Assembly: GCA_030141605.1 (NCBI GenBank)
Contig: JAQGDQ010000027.1
Location: forward strand, 806,001 to 870,000
DNA from: Tubiluchus corallicola
Taxonomy: Eukaryota > Animalia > Priapulida
DNA: 64,000 nucleotides
Direction of reading: 5' to 3'
Shown here: in pieces, positions 40,754-54,700 of the stretch
Layout of the letters: each line of letters starts with the position of its first letter
Numbering within the stretch: the first letter of the stretch is position 1
The notes under the pieces: generated by a model
Databases searched by the model: none
What the model was told of the DNA's origin: nothing
The model's input: the letters and a program-made list of their open reading frames with translations, nothing else
Position numbers and translations under genes: made by a program

Positions 40754-42727
40754 TTGCTACATTATGTTTGCTTATTTTTGCTCGTTGTGATTTGTTTAAA
40801 ATGTCTTGTATAGTGTACAAATTACAGGGTAATTATATGACGTAGGCACTGCACTGTTTAGCTTGCTACAGTTGCTGTGTGGAAAAATGCTACTGATTAC
40901 CGATTAATTATGAATTTGAATTGTGCATTGTTAGTGTATGAAGTAATCTTCTCCATTTTTTATTTGTGTAGAGTAGACAGACACATGTACTAGACATGCC
41001 GATATCAATGATTTTATATTCTGTGATTATTGTGGCTTTACTGGTTATGGTTATATCTATGAACTTAGCTACTAAATTAAATGTTTAATATTGGCACAGT
41101 ATTTTATGTGTTGTCACTGTCCAGCAATATCTTGTATTCTTAAGGAAGTCGGTTAGTATTTCTACGTGAAACAACACGTGTTAGTTTTCCACTGAAGATG
41201 ACAATAACTATTAATGACTGATAGTATCTAATAACTAGGATAAGTACTGTATGTGATGCGTTAGTGCTGAATAGTATACCTGCACTTTTTGTTCTCAATT
41301 TTGCTATTATTGGTGTGTGGGTAGTTGAATGACAACTTATTTAAATCTGTCTGATTTTATATTAATAAAAGTGCAAGCAAGTTATCCAGTAAATTGTCAG
41401 ATTGGTGTTAGAATTAGTTAAATAAACACGTTCGCAAACACGAGTGTCTGTGTGATGCTGACGAATCTTGTGAAGACTGGATATTTCTGTTCAATGAATT
41501 AAATTTATTTGAGCCAGCAATAAATTGGCTTCTTATATACAAAATGAAAATGCTTGTAAGTTTTTTAAATTAGGTCGTTATTAGGAGGTGACGTTGTGCA
41601 AAGGCATTACTGCTCGATGGGAACCTCAACAACCACATGGCATTGCATAAAGCTATAAAATATGACAATGAAAAAGCTTTATAAATGTTGTTCATATATT
41701 TTACTTCTTAGGGCTTTTTTCTATCACTGGCACAGTACAGTTTTACAAGCAAACTAGAGCATTCAAATGATAAGATGCGGCACCATTAAACAGCCACTTT
41801 TTAAGACAAGTTTTTAATGATGTCAACATCTAGGTTTTGAATTATTTTGTGCTCTAAGAAATGGTGTAGTTATAATTCAAACAATGAATTTGCTACTGGT
41901 ATGCTTTTATGCTAATGATGTGGACAATCTAGTTATTGGTCAACATTGTCTAGTGTCTACAATGCTCTAATGCTCCCTGCAAAACAAAATATCAAGTTTA
42001 TAAAAAGACCCTCTAAAATTCATAATAAAATAACAGTTCAGTTTGTAATGTAGCACCATTAAAAGGGCACCCCCTTATGAACTTTTAACTTTGTGAACAC
42101 ATGGAACACTATTTATGGCCTTTTTTGTTGTCATCTACTAGCACTATTTCTGAACTAACAGGAACTCGTATTTCTTTAGATGCATTTCAATATGCATAAA
42201 TGATACCAAATGTTTTAATAAACAAAAACTGAATTTATTTAAGAAACTTTTCTACATGGTTTATCATGAAAGAAATTTGTCATAACTGCAAACTAATCAT
42301 AATCATTGTACCACTGAATTTGCTTATACAAAAAATGAAATTTCGTAAATTTTATTGTGCAACCATTAAGTATCGGTCCCAGTAAGTTAAGTTACAATAT
42401 ACATGTCATACAGAAAGGAAATGAACTATAAATTTACACATTCTACGAAACTACAAGTATGTACACATTTAAACAACCGATGTCAATTTAGTATTATTTT
42501 TGGAAGAAAGACGAACAAATGTACCTTTATACCTAACATGAGGCTTCTTTTCTTCAAATTGCAGCTCACACAAAGCATAGTTTTATTCAATTTATTGCAA
42601 CATTAGTATGAAGATAATACAGTCATCGTACTCAAACATTAGCTTCAGAAAAGCACAATCATTTACAATATATTTGTATAGTAATATCTACAATATACAT
42701 TTATAGCATACTGCTTTGCATCTTAGC

Positions 42728-45700
42728 TCAAACAACTGCAGGACAAGAGTCTTCTAAAATACATTTACCACTGTGGAGTATGTAACCGCTGTCACAGAAA
42801 CAGCCAGGTATGCAGCCAAATTCGTAACAGGTGTCTTCAGACTGGGCAGTTTCGCAAGTCCTGCGGCACTCTGGACCACATTCTGTATACACTGCGTTCA
42901 CAGGACAGTGAATTGCTGCAAACAATAAAACAGAACATGTTAACAATAAACCAAGGGTGAATAGACATTAATGCTCCAACTTAAGAGCTACTTAGAACCC
43001 GATCAAAGTTTTCCCTTTAAACACACATCATTTCAATTTTGTCCATTCGAAACACACGAAAAATTTTGATAGTGATCTTTAGCTCATACCCATATATTAC
43101 AGAGGTTATGAAATTGTCCTACAAAAATAATTCTTTCCCACAAAACTCATAACCATACCGAATTTGGTTTAAAAAAGCGATGAATCAATAATGTAAACAA
43201 CCTATATATATATATATACGAATTGTCATGTTGTTACCCGGTACTCTTCGCATGGATTCCTCCACAAATTATGCATTTTTGCCAAGTGTTGTTTGTGTAT
43301 AAATCTTACGTGGTTCTCTGGAGTGAAGTTTGCCATTTGCTCTCTTGCAGCAATAATGTTTTTCTTTTGAACAATTGGACTTTGTAGCACATACAGTTTA
43401 GAGTTATGAAAATTAATCGTCAGTAATTTTGTTCATTGGACGGTATTGTTTGAATTTCTTGTTATTTTGTTGCAAGTAGCCATTTTTAAATTAAATACAT
43501 TTTACTAAAATGCAAAAGTGTATAAAAATAAGTCGTCTGTATGTTTTGCAAGAAACAAGAAAATGACAAACAGCAAGTTTTGCTTGTAAATGCACAAACA
43601 TTGAGTAACATAACTTCGAACAAGTTGGGCTATTACATTTAGATGCCTTTATAATGCCATTACAAAGTTAAAATGCTGACATTTGAGACAACATCTACCA
43701 AGTAGGCATGAGCATCCTCTACCTGAAAGCGAATTCGTTTAAAAATTGTGCACAGAAACCGTGGCTAAATTGTGCTGATTACCTGACATTTCAAATGCTT
43801 TAATGATAAAGAACATAAAGTACGGAATTACTCGAATCTATAATTTTAAGTTTGAATCAAATTCTAACTAAAAAACTCATTCGACGCTCACCCCCCTGTT
43901 ATCTACTTAGATTTAAAAAGGAATGTTTTTCATAGACATACCACAGTTTGTTCGTTCCCGCCACTCTAAAACAAGTCCTTTATTTCTGACAGCACGTGCG
44001 TAAGCGGCCATGACGTCGCACGCACTCTGCATACCATTGCTAGCTACACAGCTGATATACTTGCAAGCGTCCTTGTACGCTGCAGGTGAAATCAGTTCAT
44101 GAGCAGAAATAAATATCAAACCCTGAAATGTGAGATGAATGATAAAACTCTATAGTCCAACAAATTTTAGGCTAAAATAACAAATATTCAAAAAATTTTA
44201 ACCGCCTTTTAGTTTTAAAAACAATTATTCACAAAACTGCAAAAAAAGTTACTACAAATGATGTAAGCAGATTTAGAAATATCTAACAAAACAGCATAAA
44301 ACTTGTATTTTTCTTTATCAAGACACAAGCCCTTCTTCCTGCGATATAAAGGATTTAGCATCAAAATTTCAAACTGCACAATAGCATTGAAATGCCCTTG
44401 CGAAGAAAAACCAAGTGTTTAATTCGGAATAATGGCATATCGCATTCCTGTATGACTAAACACGAATTATTGTCCAATATGTACTCATTGCAGAAAGTTT
44501 GTTTACAAAAGAACAGCAAAAATGTGAACAAAAATTTAGAGTAAGGCACCAGAGTAACTGACAAACAAACAAACTTATTCTTTTCCAATTGCTTAGACGA
44601 AGCTTGACTCGTGAGATGATCCAGTTAATAGCAGTTGTCTACAATTGGTATAGCACAATTTTGCTAGTTTTTGTGGCCATCTTTGGTCAAGTGCAGCAAA
44701 CTTCTTGAAAAACAAGATAGAAAGAAATAAGGCTGCCTCTTTTAATGTTCATTCAACATGCCCGTTGAAGAGCTGTGGCTTCCCGCTTGACCACAAAAGG
44801 ATTTCAGAAAAAGGTGACCTGGGTATAGTATTTCATTCAGAATTGCAGTGTCACTCATATAAACACGTTAACCAATTAATTCAGAATTTTAGAGCTGTCT
44901 AGCCTGGTTGAACATCAGCAAATTCTTGATAAACAATCGAGAGGGAAGGTTTTTTCTAAGCTCCCGCAGGACTGCAATCTCCTCTAATGAGGGGTGTCCC
45001 CAAAAAAGTAACCATTATGCTTGATTTCTTAATACGTATATAAAGGAAATGTTATTGTAAGAAACAGATGTTATATCAAAAAACGTTAAGTTTAAATATA
45101 TTATTAAGGAAACGAGCGATATTATGCAAGTGAAAAGTACAAATCACCTTTTTTAACATATCGCATGCTAATTTGAGTTTCCGCTTAGGTCGACATTTCT
45201 GCATTCCTGCAGGTTCACATTCGCCTAGTGATATCTTCTCTCCTTCCGGAACATACCAACTGTCTGTGTAAATGCTGGAAAACAGAAATAACACCGTAGT
45301 CAAAGTGTGAAGTACAAAAGAAGCAGTCTTGCAGTAAGGTCGCCTATAAAAAAATCTTATTTCTGTCTTACCTCGTGAGCTTAAAAAATGTCAACAGGTA
45401 AGGAGGAAATTTTTTAAAAAAAAGTTTTAAAGCTCTGGGAATGTTTAAAGCTGAATCGTGGAATATTTAAATTCAGTTGAAATCAAAATTTGTTTATTTC
45501 TCACTGATTAGCAGCAATGCTTTAACTTTTTTCAAAGCACATTTTTCGCCCTTTGGTTTTTACTTTTTTATTTCGCATTACTAAATTATCGTATAATTAT
45601 TGATTATCGTATAGTCTCTTTTTGTACTTAATGATTCCACTTTATATGACTGCACTAGGTAAAGTATAAAAAATAAAATCTCCAGCCGGGTACGCGATCA

Positions 45701-48700
45701 ACAAATTGCTCAGGCAATTAGATGGAAACAGAAGTATTTTTATGACAGCCAATGGCAGTTAAGCTTAAAATTATAACTTGATATTTTCAAAACTCATGTA
45801 TCAGTTTGCAGCCAAGTAATATTTCTAACAATTCTTCATACAATGGTACACGTCCAGACTTGTCTTTATGAGAAAAAAATAGCTGAAAGATGATATTTGT
45901 ACGCTGGAGCACAGCATTTCATTTTGAAAGATTACACTTCATAGTAGTTATGTGCCAGTCTTGCCACAAGCACACCCACCTATATTAAGTAGGTAAGCCC
46001 TTGAGTGCTGGATTTTGACTTGCAATGTGCTGAATAAAAATAAGCCAAAACTGCTTAATGTGAATCCTACTGAGCCAACCACCTCTGCAAATAACTGAAC
46101 ATATTTGCATATTCATACCAGAATTAGGAATCTATCGAAAAATAGAAAAATAACTTTAATAAATACACGCTTATATGGCAATTAAAGTTAAAATATACCT
46201 AGTGCCATCATCTTTTTGAAGTCCATTGAAATTTCCGCACAACCCGCACATCTTTCCTTTATAATATCCCTCCACAACTGCATCTAAGTAAACTCTTCCG
46301 TCCCAGTATAGCTTAACTCCAGGATCCATGTATACCACAAACAAAGCACCTTCGCGAAATATTCTCAATCCACCCCCGTTGTAAGGAAGTGGCACTGCCC
46401 ATCCATTTACTAGAACCAGAGAATTCTCCTTTAACAACACAGTGTGATTCGAATAAAATATTCGTATGTTCATTTCTGTAAAGGCAGGCACTGCTTGTAC
46501 CTTCTGTTTCTTCCTTCCCCTCTCTGACCTCCTGAGAACTGCTGAGTCTTTAAAAAATGATCGAAATATATTCTTCTGCGATCCAAACTCAAGCAAAACT
46601 TGAAATCCAGCATAGTTTTCACACGTTTCTGTAAACACTGTAGCACATTTACTGTGTGGCAATGTAGCAAGATGACCATCATAACTTTTGTACTTAAACA
46701 TTCCAAACGTTGAACAATGACCGCTGTTTGGAATACATACATTGCAGCATTCACCAGGTATTTTACCTAATGTTTGACCCTGAAACAAAATTTTAGAAAT
46801 AGCACATAAATAGCTGTCAGTTTCTAAAATTGCACATTCAAATCTCAGATCAGTACTTAGCACACTTGACCAGAAAATGCTTAAAGTAGTCAGTTGCATT
46901 TGGTTATAAGTACTTAACTGGTAATGACTGAAAACTTTTTCTAGTAAAGTCATAATTGCCAAATGTTTGAATACTTCTCATTGTTCTGCATAAGTTTTTT
47001 TGCAGATGCCTGCTTACTTGTCCACTGCATTCCTCTCACAGAACATGTTGCAAAACCTGGTACTAATAATTAAAAGTAAAACATAGCCAAACGGAGCAGC
47101 AACAGCAGCAACAAAAACAACAACAACAACATCAACATCAACTTGTTGATAATAAATGTTAAACACATTTTTATCAATCAACAGTTGTAGGATTGCTAAA
47201 TGCTAAAATAACTCGACAAACTGTTTAATTTTTATTTATTACTTGTGTAATGTGTAGGCTATTGTTTGTGTCATTAGCAATCAAAAAAGTAAAACATTTC
47301 AGTACGTTAGGTTTAAAAGTTGCTTGAGCATTTTCTTGTTCACATCTGACATTTCACAAGTTTATATGCAAAGAACGTAATCAGCCAACTACAGATTAAA
47401 AACCTTGCATTTTCAACTGTTTGGGCTGCTAACAGTGCCTGTATCAAGTCAACTACTGCTCACTGCACTAACTGACAGGTATCTACAGCACACTCTACAG
47501 CTGCAGCTTGAATTACTTCACATTGTTTTTATCAGCATATGGTCAGGTTACCGCTAATTTGTTTAAAATAACTGACTCGTGTTATCATGATATGGGTTTA
47601 CTGTGGCAGATAAAAGATATCACAATGCATGGATGAATTGTTACAGGCCTATTGTACACCTTGATCTTACTCCAGTATTTCTAAGATACTTTACCTCCGG
47701 GCAACTTAATATAGTTGGACAATCGATTGGTTTACACGCTATCTCCTCATTCATGCACTGACAGAAGGAGCATTGATTTCCTGGTGGAACAAACTGTTCT
47801 CCGTGCTCATATATTAGACCCTGGTAAATGCAGCTACCATCTACAAAACATAAACTTTGAGAACGTCTCTCAGAAAATACTTATTTGGCAAAACAGAACC
47901 AAGTTCATAGCATTTACAGGAGAAAGGTGTATGGAAGGTTAATAAATAAGCGAAACAGTGTATTTAATATAGTCATTATAACCAAACATTGGTAAACATG
48001 ATACACAGGTAGTCATCGACTTACGACCACAATCGGTACCATCGGATTGGACGTAAGCTGAATAGGATGCAAGTCGGACCCGTATATTCAAGTGGTGTGC
48101 TCCTTACATGGAAGATATTGTGTGTATACTAAGTATGGCAGTGATAAAGTGAGACATTATCACTTTTATGTAATTAATTAATTAATTTCGTGTCGTAAAA
48201 TCGAACAGTCGTAAGTTGCATAGATCGTAAAGAGGATGGTCTGTAATTATCTTATAGATAACAACCAATGAAATGACAGCAAAGAATTGAAAAACGCCTT
48301 TATCCAACATAAACAGATTCAAAGAAGGAAAACTTGTCAACAATTTCTTCGGTGACAGAATAAGTACGGTATGTCTTGTAATTACAAAGTCCAAATTCAA
48401 AACCTACTCAGTGGTAAAATTTTTCACTACCTATTTACATGCTGTGATAATAGAAATGGTGCACACAAGCTTATAGAAAATTACTCATTTTTGAGTAACG
48501 TAAGTTTCTCACATCCTAATATTCCAAACCTACTGATGCCTGATTAAACACACATTTTGGACGAGTGTCAACAAGCAATAAGAAATATCCTATAGTAATC
48601 AAAATTCAAAAAATGCCAATTTTTGCCTGAATCTTAGTAAAAGTCACTCTCAACCTAAATGTGTTTCCTAAAACACTCACAAATTTGATTTTCAATTAAC

Positions 48701-51700
48701 TGACCAAATGCATTCACCTTTGGCAAGCTCTTGTTTAATAACTGAGAGTTTTTCGAATCTATGTTTGAAATTTTGCATCATTTTATTCTGCCACCATGCT
48801 GACTCTAAACAGGTGTAAAATCGCTGCATCACTATATATAAGAGACTGTAGTACACAGTTATAAATTAAAATTGGTTTAGTAGTCTTATGACGACAAGTC
48901 TGATGCTGCCAAAATTCTGATGAATTGTTGACTTGAGATTTGATAATCAAATTTACAATTGGTTCTTGTCATAATTGCTATTTTTCATTTTAAAAATAAC
49001 TTTTATTAATAATAATTTGTAATAATAAATTAACGAGGAACTTTTGGAACACCCGTATTACTCAACAGTGAATACATACTCAAGCACTCGGAACAACATT
49101 CCTCATGCCAGAGGACCTGCTTCTCCTGAGGACAGTCAAGAGGCGGACATTGAACAGTTTCGCATGTCAATTCACCACCCTTAAAAAACAAAGCAAGCAC
49201 TTCTAGCATTTGTTATAACATGCCCATAACTAAGCAGAATCACCTTAACAGTTTTCTAGAAATAATGTTGCTAGCCAGTGTTTAGTGCACACCTTTATAT
49301 AATTATAGCATTTTTATCTTCAATTATTATAGTGAATGATGATACAAAACTAAGTGCCTAATTGCAACATCACATGCAAAAGAATTCTCAGAATTTATTT
49401 TGGATATACATATTTATTTAAGGATACAGAATTGTCAATAAAGCAGCAAGTTGCTTAACTGAAGATTCTCCTGCATAAGTCTGTTAATAATTATCTGCTT
49501 ATGTTTAAATCACAGAGAAATCATTAGATCCACAAAAGAGGATGTTACATATTTCACTGATGAAGCATAATATATTAAAATTGATGTAAGGTTGAGGTAC
49601 AGAACCTACTTTAGTCAGAAAAGATAAGCCTATACAATTATACACAGAGTATATCAGGAAAAAATGCACACTTACCGAACACAGACATGTTGTACAAGCT
49701 CCTAGCTGAAACTGTGTACCATCACTGTAAATGAAACCTTCGATTGTGCAACTGGAGGCGGCCTCAGCAGAATTAACACAAACAGGGCAGCAAGTACCAT
49801 TCGGTAGGATACGGTTTTCAGCACTACAACTAAGTGCAGGACAATGCACTAAACCACAGTGAAGATACCCGACCTGTGAGGAGTGAAAAACACAGTGCTT
49901 TAAATTACAAGTACCCGTACAGGCTTTTTAATGCAGTCTGGTGCAATGCAAGTTGGAGTATGTGCACACATTGGTGGAGCTACTATTATTGTTGGCTGGT
50001 TGTGGGAAACATAAACCTAGTTGTTACCAAGGATAATTCCCCAAGTTAAAAAGCTGGGTTGGCAGCAGATATCATAGGGTCTATACACACAGAATGCCAA
50101 GACAGAACAATAAAAAGATAGAAAAAAATTCTAGCAATAGGAAAAAAATCTGGCAATCACTCATCTATATACTGACCAAGCCCATCATTGCCAAACAGAT
50201 GCCAAACAGTCATTCTCTTAACTGCAAATTAAAGAAAAAAATGCTAAAACAAGAATAATAAAATTAAACCTTGCATGTGCACTGTGTGCAGTCATCGTCT
50301 GCATGACGAAACGTGGCTTCTTCAAGGTACGTGATGTCCTCATGGCTACAACCTTTACACGATGCACAACAAGTTTGATTTCCACCATCTAGAGGATCTC
50401 TACATTCTGAAGGACAAGACACTGACTTGCACTGTATGGACGTGTCCTACAAATGGAAACAAATTAAAATAACTTATTATACTACAGTAGAGTCTATCAA
50501 TTCAACAGCATGACTGGATAAACCAATAAATTAAATTTGATGCCCACATCTTTAACATTGCAATAATTACTACAGTCAGCTTGGTACTAGTCGGCTATAG
50601 CAGCGATACCCTTAGTTAATTTTTGTAAGCCGTAAATAAAACATGCTTGCAAATAGAGTCGAAGTTGAACAACATTTCCTAGGAAACTACTTACTTTTGA
50701 GAGTTCAATAAACTGGGGGTTCCTACTGCTGAGGTTTAAGCAATCAATCCAGTAAGCAAACAAATACATGAATTAATTACATAACTCATTAATCTAATTT
50801 GTTGCTTAGGAACAAAAATATGCCAAAAAACAAAGAAAAACAGGAACTTCATATCATATTATTATATTTGAAATGTTTCAATAATGGAACATACTTATTC
50901 TTCAAAATGTTCAACTCCACACAGATATACACAAATCACGAATTTAATCAGACAAAATTATCAACACACCCAAGTGGGGAAGAGCTTTATTCCATATTAA
51001 AATAATTTATAATGACGTCATAAAAGTGTACTTGTAAATGCAGTGATTAGTAATCACTGATTACTCAAAACACACAAAACTGAAAAAAAGCAAGTACATT
51101 GCAAACACAGAGCGTGCAATCATCCTCCATTGTCCAAATATCTCCATGTTCATAATGAACTCCATCAAACTCGCACTTTTGACATTGGGGGCAGCACTGT
51201 CCATCTACTGTTTCTGTGACTGAACATGTGACTGCAGGACAGGGCATCATGTCACAAAGTACTGAGCCTTGCTGAAAATTGACAAATAAATTTAAAGTAA
51301 AAAAAAGTTCAAGAAATTTCAACACATAATCACGAACAGCATTCTAACAGGTGGCACAAAAAGAGGTGCTGAACTTTTAATCACGATATTATAAGAAAAT
51401 GACTGAATTACATGAAAATTACCACAATGATGTAACAGTCGTTTATGTACAAACAACAAAAATTTTAGGTCATTCCCTTAGATTTTTCCAAAGATACAGG
51501 AGTTTTTTAAACAAGTCAAAAAAATAAATGCCGGAAAACTTTGTATCAAGAATACTAAAATTTACAGTAAGTGTTCTGTGAGTCTACCATTTTTACTGCA
51601 AACTGACAAAGGCATTTCTTCCAACAGCTGACACAGTTTCTCACTTGTTTAAGGGGTATTTAGTTCCAACACTCAACAATTTTTGCCTTTAATTCCTTTA

Positions 51701-54700
51701 CATCAAACTGCTCTGTGCAGCCACTGTACATTTTCTCTTTATGGGAATTCCAGATAGCATTTAGTCCAAAGGATTCACTCCCATTTCTTCCTTGGTAATA
51801 AATCTCTATCAATGCTTCATCTTTTGTGGCGAACACCATGCAAAGGAACTAGTTGATTGTCAATTTCTTCATTATTTTGCTGCCATTCTACTGAGCTTTT
51901 TATACGGCTGTTTTCAATTATGATTACCTAACAATGTACCGGCATTTAAATTTTTAACATGCAAAAGTTTTTAGGTCATAACTTAAATATCCTGCTGCAA
52001 AATTTCAGCTTTGCAGGGCACTTGCTTCTAATATTATTGTAGTCGAAACCTCGTCACATTTTTTCTGGACCATCTGGTATAAAAAACATGACATCACTGT
52101 CTTTCATAAACTTATGAAATAAGAAGAAATATTTGTACACCACTCTGAACACAGAAAGAAGATGGGTATGATAACAAGTGATAACATCTTTGTTGAATTG
52201 TGCACTTAGTTAAATTTTGACAAGAACGATGGATTTGTAATGATAATAGCTGTAGCAATGTATTTTGCGACAATAACTTATGAAGACAAAAGTAAACGAT
52301 GGACATAAATTCTCTAAATAAATACAAAGTAAGTCCATTATTTACTGAATGAATGAAAGTTAACACATTTATTACACGTCTTCACCGAATGCATTGCAAA
52401 CTAATCGAAAGTTCACTTTCCTAAAACAGAAACAAAACATTCGTTCATTCCTTCATTCATTCATTCACACAACCTCTCTTACCTGACATGTGCAGATATG
52501 GCAGGGATCTGCGTCATTTGGAATAAACGTCGCTCCTTCTTTATGTACCTTCCCATTGAATTCACAGACAGAACAATCCATACAGCACTGACCAGAAACA
52601 GCTAGGCCATGGGTACAAACTGCACCACAGGAACGTGCAGTGCAATTTACCGTGCTGTTCTGAAATTAAAAAACGAATGAAACTTACAAATTACAGATGT
52701 CTGCGCACTACTAATAAGTATGAAACTCCTCAGCCAATTTTGCTATTTTCAAAGTAAACATATCCATCATGCACAAGATATAAATAATAAAACATTATTA
52801 CAATGTCAGGTTTACCATTAAATATTTTTTCCTTTAAGAAATATGTGATCGATCAGCAATTTGGTCAACCGAAAAATTGACTATACAATTTACATGTATA
52901 GTATATTGGGGTAATGTCGGCCATATTTAGGTTTTTTCAATGATATGCATTAATGCTTTATATAATATATATAGATTATATATTCTAAAAAATGCCAGTC
53001 TAGGTCACGTGACCTAATACGTGTACAAAAATATAAAAACCAGATGGCCGAGTTTAATAAACTATACACTAAATGAGAAAAAAATAATTAGGCGAATACG
53101 ATTTGCATCATAAGGCATCCACCTGTTAATGAAGTAAGTCACTGCCACACCATTATTAATAATTCATATTTCTATGTTTGACTTACAATACGCAAAGTAT
53201 GATTGCCAAACTATTGGTAAACATAATAAGACGTGTAACATAATAAACATGTTTGCAAATGTTTCGTGCAGTTTATAATGTTGCGCATAGTTTTAAGTTT
53301 GATACGATTTTTTTCTGTTTGATGACAAGTCTTTATTAAAGATATTTAACTAATAATTTAAAATCAAAATCACATAGAATTGTTACTATGTTAATCTACA
53401 GCAGCTCTATACTATACATTTACCTGACAAGTGCACTCTTGACATTCACTATCAGCTAATGAGAAGTTTTCACCATCCTTGTATATCTCAGCACCTATTA
53501 CACAATCACCAGGACATGCAACTGATTTGCACCTTACCTTAGTCACCTGTAAAAACATACAAACTTTTACCAACTCTGTCAGCTACATAAACTTTTAATA
53601 AGTTCAGTGAACATTCTTACATTATTATACTAAATTCCAAACAGGAGATATTTATGCAGAAACTAATATCATTAAATCTTGTACGGAAGAAAAGTACCCG
53701 GGCCACATTTTAACAACAGATAAAACAGACAATATGGATATTGGCCGCCAGCATCGTTTGTTCTACATTCAATCAAACAAATTAATTCGATATTTTTCTA
53801 ACTGCAGTACAGTTAATTTTGTTCAAAGCATATTGCTTTAACTTTTATTGTGCCGCATTATGGAATAACTATTACGACTACAGCTTAAAGAATTTAAAAG
53901 TTGCTTATAATAAAGGGATCAGAATTTTGTTTAATCTACTTTATGACTGCTCGATTAGACAAATGTGTATAGAACTAAATTTACCATATTTTGATTTTAT
54001 TACTAAAAGATCTATTTATTCACTAAAAATTAGAGCTACTGACACCTACAATGAATTGATAAATAATATATTTAACAGTGACTGTTTATTTATATCTAGG
54101 TTGTATAAGCATTGGAATAAAAGCCTATATACTGTAGCCCAATAAAGCAAGGTTGTAAATATCGTAAATACTTAATTAACTGCATTTAATTGTGAGAAAC
54201 TACTAACTGATAATTGTATATTGATTTATATGTATAATATTTGTTTGTTAACTATAATTTGTATTGTAATATGGACTTTGTTCTGAAATAAAAATATTCA
54301 ATCAATCAATCAATCAATCATTAAATTATTATTCATAAATTAAAACAGGATGATCCAAAAGAACAGTGCACTAAGCTTACCAATATACTACAAATAATAT
54401 TATTTTAACATCATTATGGTAACATGAGGAACAAGTCAAGGTCATTTGATCATACTTGTCATCTTTTTAGGGCATTGTTTCTTTTGGAATACCCCATAAT
54501 ATCAGAATTAAAAAGCAAAGAAAATAAAGTAAAATTTGCCACACCTAACCTGATAATCAACAAAATTTAAAATACCTAAACCTAAGCTTAATTAAAGTAG
54601 GTTTGTAAATGATTTATCTGTAAGTATTTTACTAAACTCAAAACATCAAAAAATGAATACTTTTTATTTAAGATACAATTATATAAGAAAAAATTAATTA

